Positions 1-12,135 of a stretch of 64,000 nt of DNA are shown here, one piece after another. The DNA is from Octopus sinensis (Eukaryota): contig NC_043001.1 in NCBI RefSeq assembly GCF_006345805.1, forward strand, positions 114,700,001 through 114,764,000, read 5' to 3'. Under the pieces are notes generated by a model. The model did no database searches and was not told the DNA's origin. It was given only the letters and a program-made list of their open reading frames with translations. The position numbers and the translations under genes were made by a program. Numbering within the stretch: position 1 is the first letter of the stretch; each line of letters starts with the position of its first letter.

Positions 1-908
1 CTTAATACAATTACCTATGTATTAATACACGCTTATTTGAATTTCTTCACTTTGGAGACGTCGTAAGTGATGGAACCTTGATGAAATTGCAGCGACTAAG
101 ATTCATAACTCCATACAGAGCAATGTGCAATTGTTGCAGTAGAAACATATGAGGGTCATTGTTATGTGTACAGTAGAAAACATTTTGATAAAAAAGTTTT
201 GGATGTGAATAAATCTCCACTCTCCTCTTGGCATTCAGTTGTGTGTGTGTGTGTGCGTGTGTATGCACGCGTGTACAATAAAATTCCCAGGATCCGATAG
301 GTTCAAGTATTTTAATAATAAAACCAACAAATGGAGTCGCGGATAGGGCACCAATGCACTAACAAGGTGTACTGATACATACGTACTTACTATAGTAAAT
401 AGAGATTTGACACAGATATGCACGCATTCACAAGTACTGAAACAAGGTTCCTCTTGCATTCAAAGTCACAGAATGTATTCCATAGTCGTCTGTAGGTTCC
501 AAATCCAAACGTATAGAAGCTACCGATTTGGGTAAAGAATAAACAACAACACAAATGGGTTGAGATTCTCTACAGCTGATTCAGACGTGCCCTTTAGCGA
601 TGAACAATATAAACCGTTTCCTTCAGGTGAATAAGGAGAAAACTTAAGACATAGAATATCTCCTCAAAAACAACATAATGTAAAATGACTCCCACCAACC
701 GTAACCTGGTTGGTAGGGTCTTTTTCCCAATGTTCTATTTTGGGGAGAAATTCTAAGAGTTAAATTTTCTCTTTATTCAATTGAACAAAACAGGGTTTTC
801 TGGCATCGTGTAATGTTTTGTTTTTCATCAATAGAGAACACACTTGAATTGGCTATAGTGAACTTTTACCGATCTGTATTATTGTTTATGTGCATGTGTG
901 TATGTATG

Positions 909-1031
<123 letters not shown>

Positions 1032-1954
1032 GAATAAGACATATGCATATATATAAACATATATGTACGTACGTACCTCTACATGTACATATACACGCAT
1101 ATATGAGTACAGGACACCAAAGGGACATCGAACACAAAGAGAAACGAAAACATAGACACAAACCAAAGGAACTGGACATTTTTTAAAAAACAACAAAAAA
1201 TGGAGTACAGGACAATTAACACAACGAAAAAACCCCTTCTTCAGTCGCTAAGGTTTCATCTACTCTACGTTTCGAAGGAGAAAAGCGAGACGTATCTTCG
1301 ACAAGAAACTTTCCTTCCTGCGAAAAGCAAATCAATCAAAATTCTGAGATCTTTTCGCAGAGGGGTAAAAAATGGTAAAAAACAGGACAGTAACGACAGT
1401 ACAAAAATATAAACAGTAAAAAAATAAACAGTAAAATATATAAACAGTAAAAAAATATAACAGTAAAAGACACGACAGGGAAAAACAAGATAAGAAGGGC
1501 TGTTGACACCGAACGAAAAAAGTATTGCAAACGCAGAATTTTTTGTGAACGACAGGAGAGCAGGAAGAATGTCGTCCAGTTACCTTGAAAGCCAGGCCAA
1601 AAAAGATAGTCAGGGCGGAAGTATCGTCGCGAGTGGACGACGGGAAGGGGGGAGGAGGAGCAAGAGGAAGGGAGAGAAGGAGGGGAATGGCTGCAGGAGA
1701 CCATGAAGAATGGTGAGGGGTAGAGAGAGAGTGAAGAATGAGAGAGAGAGGAAGAGACAAGTTAAGTGGGGGAAAAAGAAAATCAAAGAATAGGGATGGA
1801 AATATATATATGTGTGTGTATATAATATATATCTATGTATATATATGTATATGTATATATGTGTATATATGTGTATATATATTTATATATACATATATGA
1901 GTGTGCGTGTGTGTATGTGTGTGTTATGTATTATGTATGCATGTATGAATGTAT

Positions 1955-2378
1955 ATAATTGAGATTCAGTTGAATTAAGTATTTACGTTGAAGCACCAAG
2001 TCAGTCTGGTATTATCCACACAGCTCGAAGTAAGGTGAACAAAGTCAAAATAAGCAACAGAATATCAAGAAGTGATGCAGTATGACCCTTTCAAGCAGCT
2101 CCATTTAATTGGACAATGCTATCATTACATCAATTTAAATGCAGTGCTATACTTCGCTTCAATAGCCACAACTTCAATTTCTTCGATCTTCTTGTTCTGT
2201 TAAAGTATTTGAGAAAAAATATACAAATGCGTCCAACTAGTTGAAATTCTATTTATTTGTGCAGCTGATGATAGCACTGCATTTAAATTGACGTAATGAT
2301 TGCATTGCTCAGTTAAAAGGAGTTGCTTGAAACTGTCGTACTGCATTACTTCTTGATATCCTGTTGCTTATTTTGATT

Positions 2379-2380
<2 letters not shown>
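1955..2380 (+). mobile_element. Short Penelope-like/retrozyme-like element: inverted truncated arm plus hammerhead-bearing arm
   Basis: 2045-2150 is a roughly 85% identical reverse complement of 2271-2376; the right arm overlaps a hammerhead core; the element ends in (TA)n. An inverted partial terminal repeat is the typical Penelope-like element (PLE) layout. Confidence 0.6.
2260..2345 (+). ncRNA. Type I hammerhead ribozyme motif
   Basis: Stem I TGCAG(2260-64)/CTGCA(2341-45); CTGATGA 2265-71; stem II AGCA(2273-76)/TGCT(2324-27) with a T-T closing mismatch; GAAAC 2329-33; loop TGTC; GTA cleavage triplet 2338-40. Confidence 0.7.
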
Positions 2381-2452
<72 letters not shown>

Positions 2453-2679
2453 TATTTATATATCCTGTTGCTTGTTTTGATTTATATATATATTTCAATA
2501 TAGTGGAGTCTCTCGTGAAAGTCGACGCATAAGAGAGCAAACTGGACAGATAATTCGTTTATAGTGATCAAATGTTTGTACCACACATTTCCTCACTCTC
2601 TCCATCAAACCGACTTTGTGTGAGCAGGTGCACGGTGTGCCACACGCCATGTGTCGAAGCGATGTATATATGTGTGTGA

Positions 2680-2722
<43 letters not shown>

Positions 2723-2899
2723 TGGTGTGTGTGTATGTGTCTGTGCTTATGTGTGCGTGTGTATAACAAGACGTAACAGGAGTTAATAAATCCTGGCAGA
2801 TATATTGAAATATACACACACACACACACACGCACAGGCACACACACATATATATATATATAATATATATATATATTATATATATTATATATAATATAT

Positions 2900-2941
<42 letters not shown>

Positions 2942-3660
2942 ATATAATATATATATAGATATATATATTGCTTAATATTATATATATATATATATTATAT
3001 ATACTTACAAACGAGCATATGATGCCTCAATTACAGAAGTAAACGAAGCGATATAAAAACGTAAATATTATTGGGGCATAAAACCTGTTTCTACGATCAA
3101 GCTGACCCTGTAAGGCATAGGTACATAAGCTTCAGAAGCAAATATACATATGTTTTACAGGCTACACACCTGCAAATGTTAATCACCTATAATATTATGC
3201 AACGTTTAGTGAAGTCGGGAACAAATCCACGTACAAACATACGGACTTACATACGTATATTTGTAGGTGGAGGAGGTGGGTTGTATATGGCTGCACATAT
3301 ATATGTTTGTATGTATGTATTTATGTATGCATGTATGTATGCATAAATACATATATTCAGACATATTTATATAAGTATAGGTATGCATAAATTCAATTTA
3401 TACACGTGCATACATATATGTCAATATTTTCATAGCTCAGAGTTTCACCTATTAAATTTCACAGAAATTTATATGCGCACTTAAAATACCTATATAGACT
3501 TTTCTGTCCCGCTCCATATATATATATATATATATACACTTGTATATGTGTGTTTGTATAAAGAGAGAGAGAGAGAGAGGGAGGGAGAGAGAAAGACAGA
3601 GACTGAGAGACAGAGAGCAAGACAGAAGGGAGATAGATAGATACATAGACAGACAGACAA

Positions 3661-3697
<37 letters not shown>

Positions 3698-3889
3698 ATA
3701 GATAGATAGATAGATAGATAGCTAGATAGATAGATAGATAGATGCTTACTTATACACGCATACACATAAATATATACATAGATACACATTACATATTCAT
3801 TTTATATGTATGTATATATATATATTATATATATATATATATATACATATATATAATGTATACATATACACACACGTATGTGTGATATC

Positions 3890-3933
<44 letters not shown>

Positions 3934-3950
3934 CATACGTATGTGTGTGT

Positions 3951-3999
<49 letters not shown>

Positions 4000-4642
4000 C
4001 ACATGAAACGAATGGAGACATGCTGAACAAAATGAATCTGGCCTCCATGGTGATTTACTGTTGAAATCATCGCGTATATAATTTCTTATAATAACAGCTT
4101 ATTGTAAACAAATACAAATATATGTAGCTGCGTAATTATCTTCGATTTCACCAATAGATCGTATCGAGCTGTAAACAACACCTGCTGCCATGTTTGATAA
4201 ACAAAAATAACGGGACTTTTGTATGAAAAATACACCGGACAACTGCCATAAGTTATGCTTACACGCCCACGCGCACGCATATGGATGTCACTATAATTAT
4301 ATATAAATATATACATATTTTTTTATTAATGTTTAGCAGAAGCAAGAGAGTGACTCAAGGATCCCGAAATCTTTTTGAAACGTATACATATACTCATATT
4401 TTGAAATCTATTTTTCTTGTCTGCAGCACCATATGCACCACATTATATAAATATATACTTATATGCATATATACATATAAATACACATTTATATTTATGT
4501 GTGTGTACGTATGTATGTGCGAGATTGTGTACGTACGTATTTATATTTGTCTAAAATATACATACATAAATATATATAATGCTTTTATATATGACTGTAT
4601 TTATATATAGAGATGCATGTATGTATGTATGTATGTATACAT

Positions 4643-4700
<58 letters not shown>

Positions 4701-4724
4701 AATATATACATATATATACATATA

Positions 4725-5518
4725 GGCGCAGGTGTGTCTGTGTGGTAAGTATCTTGCTTACCAACTACATGGTTCTAGGTTCAATCGCAATGCGTGGCAC
4801 CTAGGACAACTGTCTTCTACTATAGCCTTCGGCTATATTTATCTTTGTTTACAATAAGTTGTTATTATAAATAATTATAAACGCTATGATTTCATCAGTA
4901 AATCACCATGTATGCCTGATTCATTATGTACAGCATGTCTCCATTCGTTTCGTGTTGGAAACTGAAAGAAGCCTGTGTATATATGTATTGGGTTGTCCGG
5001 AAAATTCGTGCCGATTTATAGTAGCTTACATTTCGACTTATTTTAGAACGTGGTTGAGTCCATAAAATAGGATTTTACTACAGCTCCATTTAAAGCACCG
5101 TTTAAGCTACCTTTTCTTGGAAGACGATTTATATTTCTATAACTTGTGATAAGAAAGTTCATTTTCAGCACTTGATGCTTTGGGAACCAGACGAAAATTG
5201 CTGCAGCTCGGTTGAGATGTGTTACCTCACTCTACATATTCACCAGATATTGCTCCTTCGGATTTCCACTTGTTCAGGTGTCTGCATAATAGTCTTATTA
5301 GTAAAAATATCAATTCCTTGGATGACGTAAAAAGATACCTTGATGAATTCTTTGCCATGAAACCCCTTTAATTCTGGGAATAGGGTATTTTGAAGTTAAA
5401 GGAAAGATGGAGATGTATTGAGCAACAAAATGGTGCATATTTGGTTCATTAAAACTGTGGCAAGTATTTATTGACCTTTTGCTTTCCTTTAAAAATCGAC
5501 ACGAACTTTCCGGACAAC

Positions 5519-5568
<50 letters not shown>

Positions 5569-5879
5569 TATATAATATATATATAGATTATATGTATGTA
5601 TGTATGTATGTATGTACGTATGTATGTATGTATGTATGTATGTATGTATGTATGTATGTATGTATGTATGTGTATATGTTTGTGTCTGTGTTTGTCCTCC
5701 CAACATCGCTTGACAATCGATGCTGGTGTGTTTACGTCCCCGTAACTAGCGGTTCGGCACAATGCACTGATAAAATAAGTACTAGGCTTACAAAGAATAA
5801 ATCCTGGGTTCGATTTGTTCGACTAAAGGCAATGCTCCAGTATGGCAGTAGTCAAATATCTGAAACAAGTAAAAGAGTA
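4725..5879 (+). mobile_element. tRNA-derived SINE family A, split into three pieces by two insertions
   Basis: Head 4725-4833, middle 4957-4985 and tail about 5672-5879 match intact copies at 13013, 42751 and 57077 (GGCGCAGG...TGGTAAG head; GAAACAAGTAAAAGAG tail). Confidence 0.85.
4988..5522 (+). mobile_element. Internally deleted mariner transposon (Mos1/SETMAR-type)
   Basis: TIRs TTGGGTTGTCCGGAAAATTCGTGCCGATTT / AAATCGACACGAACTTTCCGGACAACCCAA with TA flanks; translation gives LPHSTYSPDIAPSDFHLFRCL...ERWRCIEQQNGAYL with stops (mariner YSPDLAP motif). Confidence 0.93.
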
Positions 5880-5924
5880 TACGTTTGCTAAAATTAATTT
5901 CATATTCAAATCAATAGACTGAAT

Positions 5925-6560
5925 TGTTTTGTTTTCAAACTGATGGCAGTTCTGGTCCAGTCATTACAGCTTATGCGATGCAATGGAATTGCAAGCATCG
6001 ATAAACATTTACATCGGTATTTTTGCACATTCTCGGATAACGGCCTCACGATTTTCGTCTACTGTTACTGGTTTTGTACAGTCAATTTTATCTCCTCCGT
6101 AAGCCCACAACAAAATATCTTGTTGTAAGAGTTCCGGAGAACGCGGAACGTATTCTGCTGAACCACTTTATACAATATAATCCAACAGTTTAGCAAAGTC
6201 CCATTTGAAACAAGTATGGGCGCCAGCTCTATTTTGTTAGAAATAAAATTCTACATCTCTTCACAGCAGGCTCAAGGAACCATCAAAAATGTATGTTCCA
6301 AATAATGTTATTGACGATAAACTGCACTAGTACTATACTATAACTCCTGGTAAGTTATCGCCATGTTCCTCAGTAATATGCAGGTTTTCGGCTCAACCTT
6401 AGTTGCAGCTGTAGTTGTTAATTGTATCGTTTAATTTAAATATACCCTCATCAAAAAACATCTGTTTTGGAAAGTGCAATTTCTACACATCTTACCAATG
6501 CTACTTACGAACTTCACTTTTTGGTCTGGAACATCTTCATTCAATCATAGTCAAAAATAT
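5925..6560 (-). mobile_element. Decayed Tc1/mariner-superfamily transposase (rosa/maT-like, PRSPDL type)
   Basis: Minus-strand translation with stops and frameshifts: FFDEGIFKLNDTINNYSC, ENLHITEEHGDNLPGVIV, RSPEL...ILLWAY..DKI..TKPVTVDENREAVIRECAKIP, LDQNCHQFE. These match the FSDEATF.LNG.VN..NC / ENPH / PRSPDL...FLWG.LK.KVY pattern. Confidence 0.78.
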
Positions 6561-6608
6561 ATGCATGAATTTTTTGAATATGCATATAAATATGCACATG
6601 TCCATATA

Positions 6609-6682
<74 letters not shown>

Positions 6683-6697
6683 AAAATATATATATAT

Positions 6698-6929
6698 ATA
6701 AATGAAAGAATGGAGTCGAACGACGATTTATTACTATGGACTCCGTGTGGGCAGTCATCTAAAAGTTTGTTCGTCATGATGCTGACATAAGTTCCTTGTC
6801 TTTCCTGATGAGAAGACGGCATAATGCACCCTTTATTCCTTCGGAATTAAGAATATGCAGTCTTCGAAACATGTGTCGAGAATAAAGGAATTTTGTTAAA
6901 TCGTCGTTCGACTCCATTCTTTCATTTAT
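6698..6929 (+). mobile_element. 232-bp element with perfect 33-bp terminal inverted repeats enclosing a hammerhead ribozyme
   Basis: ATAAATGAAAGAATGGAGTCGAACGACGATTTA (6698-6730) is the exact reverse complement of 6897-6929; the element follows a (TA)n tract. Confidence 0.8.
6792..6890 (+). ncRNA. Type I hammerhead ribozyme, canonical core
   Basis: CTGATGA 6805-11; stem II GAAGAC(6812-17)/GTCTTC(6860-65); GAAAC 6866-70; loop ATGT; GTC 6875-77; stem I TTCCTT..TTTC(6792-6804)/GAGA..AAGGAA(6878-90). Confidence 0.85.
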
Positions 6930-7619
6930 CTATAGTAAAAAAACACACAAATTTCCACACGAAAGCACGTGATTTCTGCCCTTGGCATGTAGCTTCAACC
7001 GTGCTTTCTGACGTAAATTTGCTACCCGGGTATCGGTTAACCGAATTATCCATACTAGGATAATTCATTCAATACTTAAAAATATATATATAATATATTA
7101 TATATATATATATATATATAATATATTATATATAATATATTGCTTTTGCGGAATCATTCGCATGCGAGCATGTCTCCTGAGTTCTAATGTAAGATCGCAG
7201 CATCGACAGGAAGAGTAGCCTCTCCCGAAACTTTGGCTGATTAATTACATACAACCTAGAAGTGTATATCTTCGCTATGCCGCAACAGTAGACAGTTGCT
7301 AAATACCTGATAAACAAGAGAAGCAAGTAACACCAAACCTCCTTTTATGAGAGAAGATGTCGGCTATGTTACATCAGGGAGTATGCATGTATATATACAT
7401 ATATATGTGTGCGTGTGTGTGTTTATGTGCGTGTGTGTACGTGTGTGCGTGTACTATAATCTGTACTATGGTTTACAAACCTTGTTGTCGAATCTTACAA
7501 TTGAGTTCATATACCTTTGTTTTAGTTCGGTATGATATCCCGTTACGCGTGATTTTAACAATTCGTCTTAAACAAGGAAACAGTCAAATTCCGCAAAAGT
7601 GGATTTCATCCTTTTAAAG

Positions 7620-7870
7620 TGGACAAAAATTAGTACCAGTGAAACAATGCACTCGATGTAATTGACTAGCCACTTCTCCTAAATTTTAAACCTTGCACCT
7701 ACAGGGCAAAGCGGCATTTCACCAGTCTTTGGGTTTTGAGTTCTAATTCTGCTAAAGTCGATTTTGTCTTTCATACATTCGAGGTCCATAAAATAAGTAC
7801 CAGTTGAACATTCAAGTGGGGTCGATGTAATCTAACGCCCTACCCAGGTCAGCGTTTGTGCCAATATTAG
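7620..7870 (+). mobile_element. Two partial, diverged SINE family B fragments
   Basis: AAGTACCAGT...GTCGATGTAAT...CCTTGCACC motifs shared with the family B copies at 9612 and 48636. Confidence 0.6.
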
Positions 7871-7892
7871 ATATGATTATCATTATTATTAA

Positions 7893-7947
<55 letters not shown>

Positions 7948-8480
7948 GAGTGAGAGAGTAGTGCAAGCCATCAAAGTGACACTGGGGTAAAATATATGAA
8001 GGCCAGTATACCCACCATGACTACCCGTCTGATAAGATTAAACCAGGCACATGCATCACAACCATATGTGCGCGACATGGTGATCTCATATCAAGATAAA
8101 CAGCACATGACCTTGCAGGCCCAGTTAGAATTTTCTTCTGGTCGAGTAACCCATTCCGCTCAAAAGGTCGCTGAATAAGGGTTGTTTAAGGATATTGAAC
8201 TAAACACCCATGTTTCCAGAGGTGAATTATTCAAACCCAAAACTCCCTCTCAACACATGGCTATGATGATCCCCCACTACTTCTGCTTGTGATCAGAGAT
8301 ACACATATCGTCAGCCACTAAGGGACTTGCTCAATTGGTTAAGGTCAAACAAATGAGAAGCAAATCTATGGTATTGAGCAGAATGTTTGCTGTAGCCCAT
8401 ATTTTATACCAAGAAAAAACAATGTACACTTCCAATCAGAGGAGAAGCCATGAGAATCACTGCATGGTACTGCATCAGGG
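7948..8480 (-). mobile_element. About 550-bp non-coding interspersed repeat (family D) in (ATT)n
   Basis: Near-identical to 48071-48624 and to partial copies at 63652-63871 and 63905-64000; flanked by (ATT)n on both sides. Confidence 0.9.
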
Positions 8481-8483
8481 TAT

Positions 8484-8551
8484 ACTATTATTGTTGTTGT
8501 TGTTGTTGTTGCTATTATTATTATTATTATTTATTATTATTATTATTATTA

Positions 8552-8590
<39 letters not shown>

Positions 8591-8690
8591 ATCGCTTTGT
8601 TGGAATTTCTGGAATCTTGCATGCGTCGCGAGCTTACTACCTGCAGCCTACGGTACAATGCTATAGGTGCTTTTCAGCTATTTAATACTT

Positions 8691-8763
<73 letters not shown>

Positions 8764-8883
8764 GTTATTGTTATTATTGTTGTTATTATTAATATTATTA
8801 TTATTATTATTGTTATTATTATTATTATTATTATCATTATTATCATTATCATTATTATCATTATCATTATCATTATTATCATT

Positions 8884-8916
<33 letters not shown>

Positions 8917-8925
8917 TATTATTTA
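8484..8925. repeat. (ATT)n/(GTT)n/(ATC)n trinucleotide microsatellites
   Basis: Direct inspection; source of the poly-I/L/Y ORFs. Confidence 0.95.
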
Positions 8926-8929
8926 CTTT

Positions 8930-9410
8930 TAATCTGCATGTTTATTACAATCACTCACCGAGAAACACCCAGTGTCGTAGGGCGAGTGAAGGATAAGGGC
9001 TGTTGCAATATGACTGAAAGCTTGGGGAGAGTAAGTGGCAGGGACAGTAGCGAAATATCTTCATGTAATACAACACAGACATTTAAATTGATGGGGTTTT
9101 TCTAAGGATGTAGTTGGTACTTTTTAGCACAATATTTTGGATTTCTATGAGACATGGTTCTCCTGAGATATTCCCGAGATATTTCTGACATCCCTTTCCC
9201 ATCATACCAAGGGCACCCACTGTAACAGGAACAGTTCTCATTTTAATATACCACAACTTTTGTATTCCATTTTCCTGGTCCTTATATTTACTTAATTTGT
9301 CAAATTCTTTCACAGATATATTTTTTAACGGTGGGAACACTCACTACTATTAGTCTACAAGTAATTTTTCTCTGTCTTTAATGACTGTCTTGTCGATTAG
9401 TCTGGACCGT
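8930..9410 (-). mobile_element. 5'-truncated RLE-type (R4/Dong-like) LINE, 3' end
   Basis: ORF 9083..9340 KEFDKLSKYKD...TVPVTVGALG...STNYILRK plus upstream RPD/VSVP remnants is the restriction-like endonuclease C-terminus; (ATT)n on both flanks. Confidence 0.85.
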
Positions 9411-9433
9411 TTATTAATTTTATTATAATTATA

Positions 9434-9470
<37 letters not shown>

Positions 9471-9611
9471 TATTATTATTATTATTGTTGTTGTTGTTGT
9501 TGTTTTGTTGTTATTAATATTATTATTGTTGTTGTTGTTATTATTATTATCATCATTACTATTGTTATTATCATTATTATTATTATTATTATTATCATTA
9601 TTATTATTCCA

Positions 9612-9848
9612 GGCGGCGAGCTGGCACTAAGGCAGTGAGCTGGCAGAATTGTCAGCACTCCGGGCGAAATGTTTAGTGGTATTTCATCTGTCTTTACATT
9701 CAGAGTTCAAATTCTACCAAAGTCGACTTTGCCTTTTATCATTTCGTTGTCGACAAATTAAGCACCAGTCAAGTACTGAGGTTGATGTAATCGATGTACC
9801 ATTTCCCCACCCCAAATTTCAAGCCTTGTGCATATAGTAGAAAGGATT
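9612..9848 (+). mobile_element. tRNA-derived SINE family B (a further partial copy at 9862-9990)
   Basis: GGCGGCGAGCTGGCA head, GAGTTCAAAT B-box, GTCGACTTTGCCTTT...AAGCACCAGT body. Confidence 0.85.
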
Positions 9849-10687
9849 ACTATTATTGTTGTCGCCGAGGTCGACGTTGCCTTTCATATTTTCGGGTCAA
9901 TAAATAAAGTACCAGTTGCGTACTGAGGTCGATCTAATTGGCTGGCCCCTTTCCCAAAAATTTCGGGCCATTTGCCTAGTGTAGAAAAAATTATTATTGT
10001 TGTTGTTGTTGTTCATTATCATTCAAGTCATGTATTCACTTGAATTTCTCCCTGTATATGTTTGTATGTGCATAGGTGCGTATGTATGTTGCATATGTGT
10101 ATGCGTGCGCGTGTGTCTGTGTGTGTGCGCCCGGCCATGTGGGTGTGTTTCAGTTCGTGCGTCTGTATGTTTCCGTGTGCATGTTTATAATCAATACAAG
10201 TTGTCATGTTCTTCTTTTCTGCTGAGGCTAACAGTAGGATACCAACGCAGCTGAGATTGTAAGCGTCACCGAGACGATATATTAACGTTTATTTATGGAC
10301 ATAAATACATTTATCTAAGTATACGTCTCTTGTTCCGTTTATGTATTTTTCAATTCAATACTAAATCTCTCTTACGTCAACACATAATGTTGTCTAGATA
10401 TCAGTAACGATCGCTGTAGATAATATTACTACTATAAAAAGTAAAACAAACATAAAAGCTGGATAGCAACACCATCATTACTAATACTTCTGTTTAATAA
10501 CAACAACAACAACACCAATAATAATAATAATAATAATAATGGCATATGAGGTTAAGAAAAAGAAAACAAGAAAGTAAAAACGAAACAAACATTACACATA
10601 AAGCTTGGCAAGATTTTATATATATTTATACATATTATATAATATATATATATATATATACATGCATGCACACATACGCACTTGTAT

Positions 10688-10718
<31 letters not shown>

Positions 10719-10794
10719 GAAGAGAGGCATCTAGTGTGTGTATGCCTGTATATGTTTTTGTTTACATACATATATAAATAAATAAATATATATA

Positions 10795-10833
<39 letters not shown>

Positions 10834-10899
10834 CACATGTACATATGCGCATATCTTCATACATATACATACATATATATTTATTATATTTACATAGAT

Positions 10900-11180
10900 A
10901 CGTACATACGTACATGCATACATACATACATACATGCATACATACATACATACCTACATACATACATACATACAATACATACATACATACATACATGCAT
11001 ACTACATACATACATACATCATACATACATACATGCATACATACATACATACATACATACATACATACATGCATACATACATGCATACATACATACATAC
11101 ATACATACATACATACATGCATACATACATACATACATACATACATACATACATACATACATACATACATACGTACGTAC
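10900..11180. repeat. (CATA)n microsatellite
   Basis: Direct inspection. Confidence 0.95.
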
Positions 11181-11583
11181 GTACGCACAACGACGTCTCG
11201 CATCCTTTTATCTATGTTTCAGTGATTCTAGTTCCTACGGTGCTCTATCCTATACGTTTCAAAAGAAAGTTAGAATGTTGTCAAAGAAGGCGCCAATGTT
11301 TCTCATCTCATATGTCACCCTGAAGAAATAGATGCAGGTATCGAAATAGGCTTGGTAAATACTGCTTTATCAAATCCAATTTATATTCAACTGATTTTCA
11401 TAAATAGTAATGAGCAAAAAGATCTGAAATTTTCCTATCATTGTTGAAGTATGAGTTTGTGTTTTTATTTTTGTTTTTTCAAATTTCACCTCACCTATTT
11501 TCATATATTTTTCGAGTTTCTTTCTCCGTGCCATACATTTTCTGTTCCTTCTCTCTTGGATTCTATCTCCTTTCTCTCTCCTC

Positions 11584-11609
<26 letters not shown>

Positions 11610-11623
<14 letters not shown>

Positions 11624-11800
11624 GGAGTAAACACATAAATGTGAAACAAGGTGGAAAAAAGAGTACTCAAATACAAGTGGTAGAGTAATATGCTTTATTT
11701 AAAGCAGCAGAAGATTAACAAAAACCTGTTACTCTGAGTTTTCCGTTTCCGTTAGTCGGACAGTTTTTGCTAGAATGGAACCGATATGTGAATTCTATTC
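11610..11800 (-). mobile_element. PLE-like terminal-repeat remnant with a degenerate hammerhead
   Basis: Minus strand of 11726-11763 reads CTGT-CCGACTA-ACG-GAAA-CGG-AAAAC-TCAGA-GTA-ACAG: hammerhead geometry with core mutations; adjoins (TA)n. Confidence 0.45.
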
Positions 11801-12135
11801 AGACTATTACAAACACTACACCTTTAAAAATGGACTTGTTTGATTGGCCCTTTAGAAATAACGGCCAATTTTCGAGCGATAAACATAGATGATTTCAAAA
11901 AAAAATATATATATATATGTATATGAAATATAAAAAATATAAAATATAAAAAATATAAAAATATAAAAATATATAAAAAATATATAAAATTATATAAAAT
12001 ATAGAAAAGGTATATAAAAAATTATAAAATTCGAGGAAAAACCTTATATTGAATAAAATATATATTGACCTTAATGAAGGAAATATAATTAATACATGGG
12101 AATTGAAATACATTGAAAATATGTATTAATACATA

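Noticed and set aside
1238-1273. Hammerhead on the minus strand (GAAAC...CTGAAGA)
   Set aside because: Boxes are in permuted order and no stem I pairing could be built; probably a PLE-type repeat remnant (about 1080-1640), but unsupported.
1640-1690. G-quadruplex in the purine-rich tract
   Set aside because: G-runs are irregular with long loops; indistinguishable from low-complexity GA sequence.
11314-11356. Hammerhead-like CTGAAGA...GAAAT
   Set aside because: Stem II closing pair and stem III do not pair; too degenerate.
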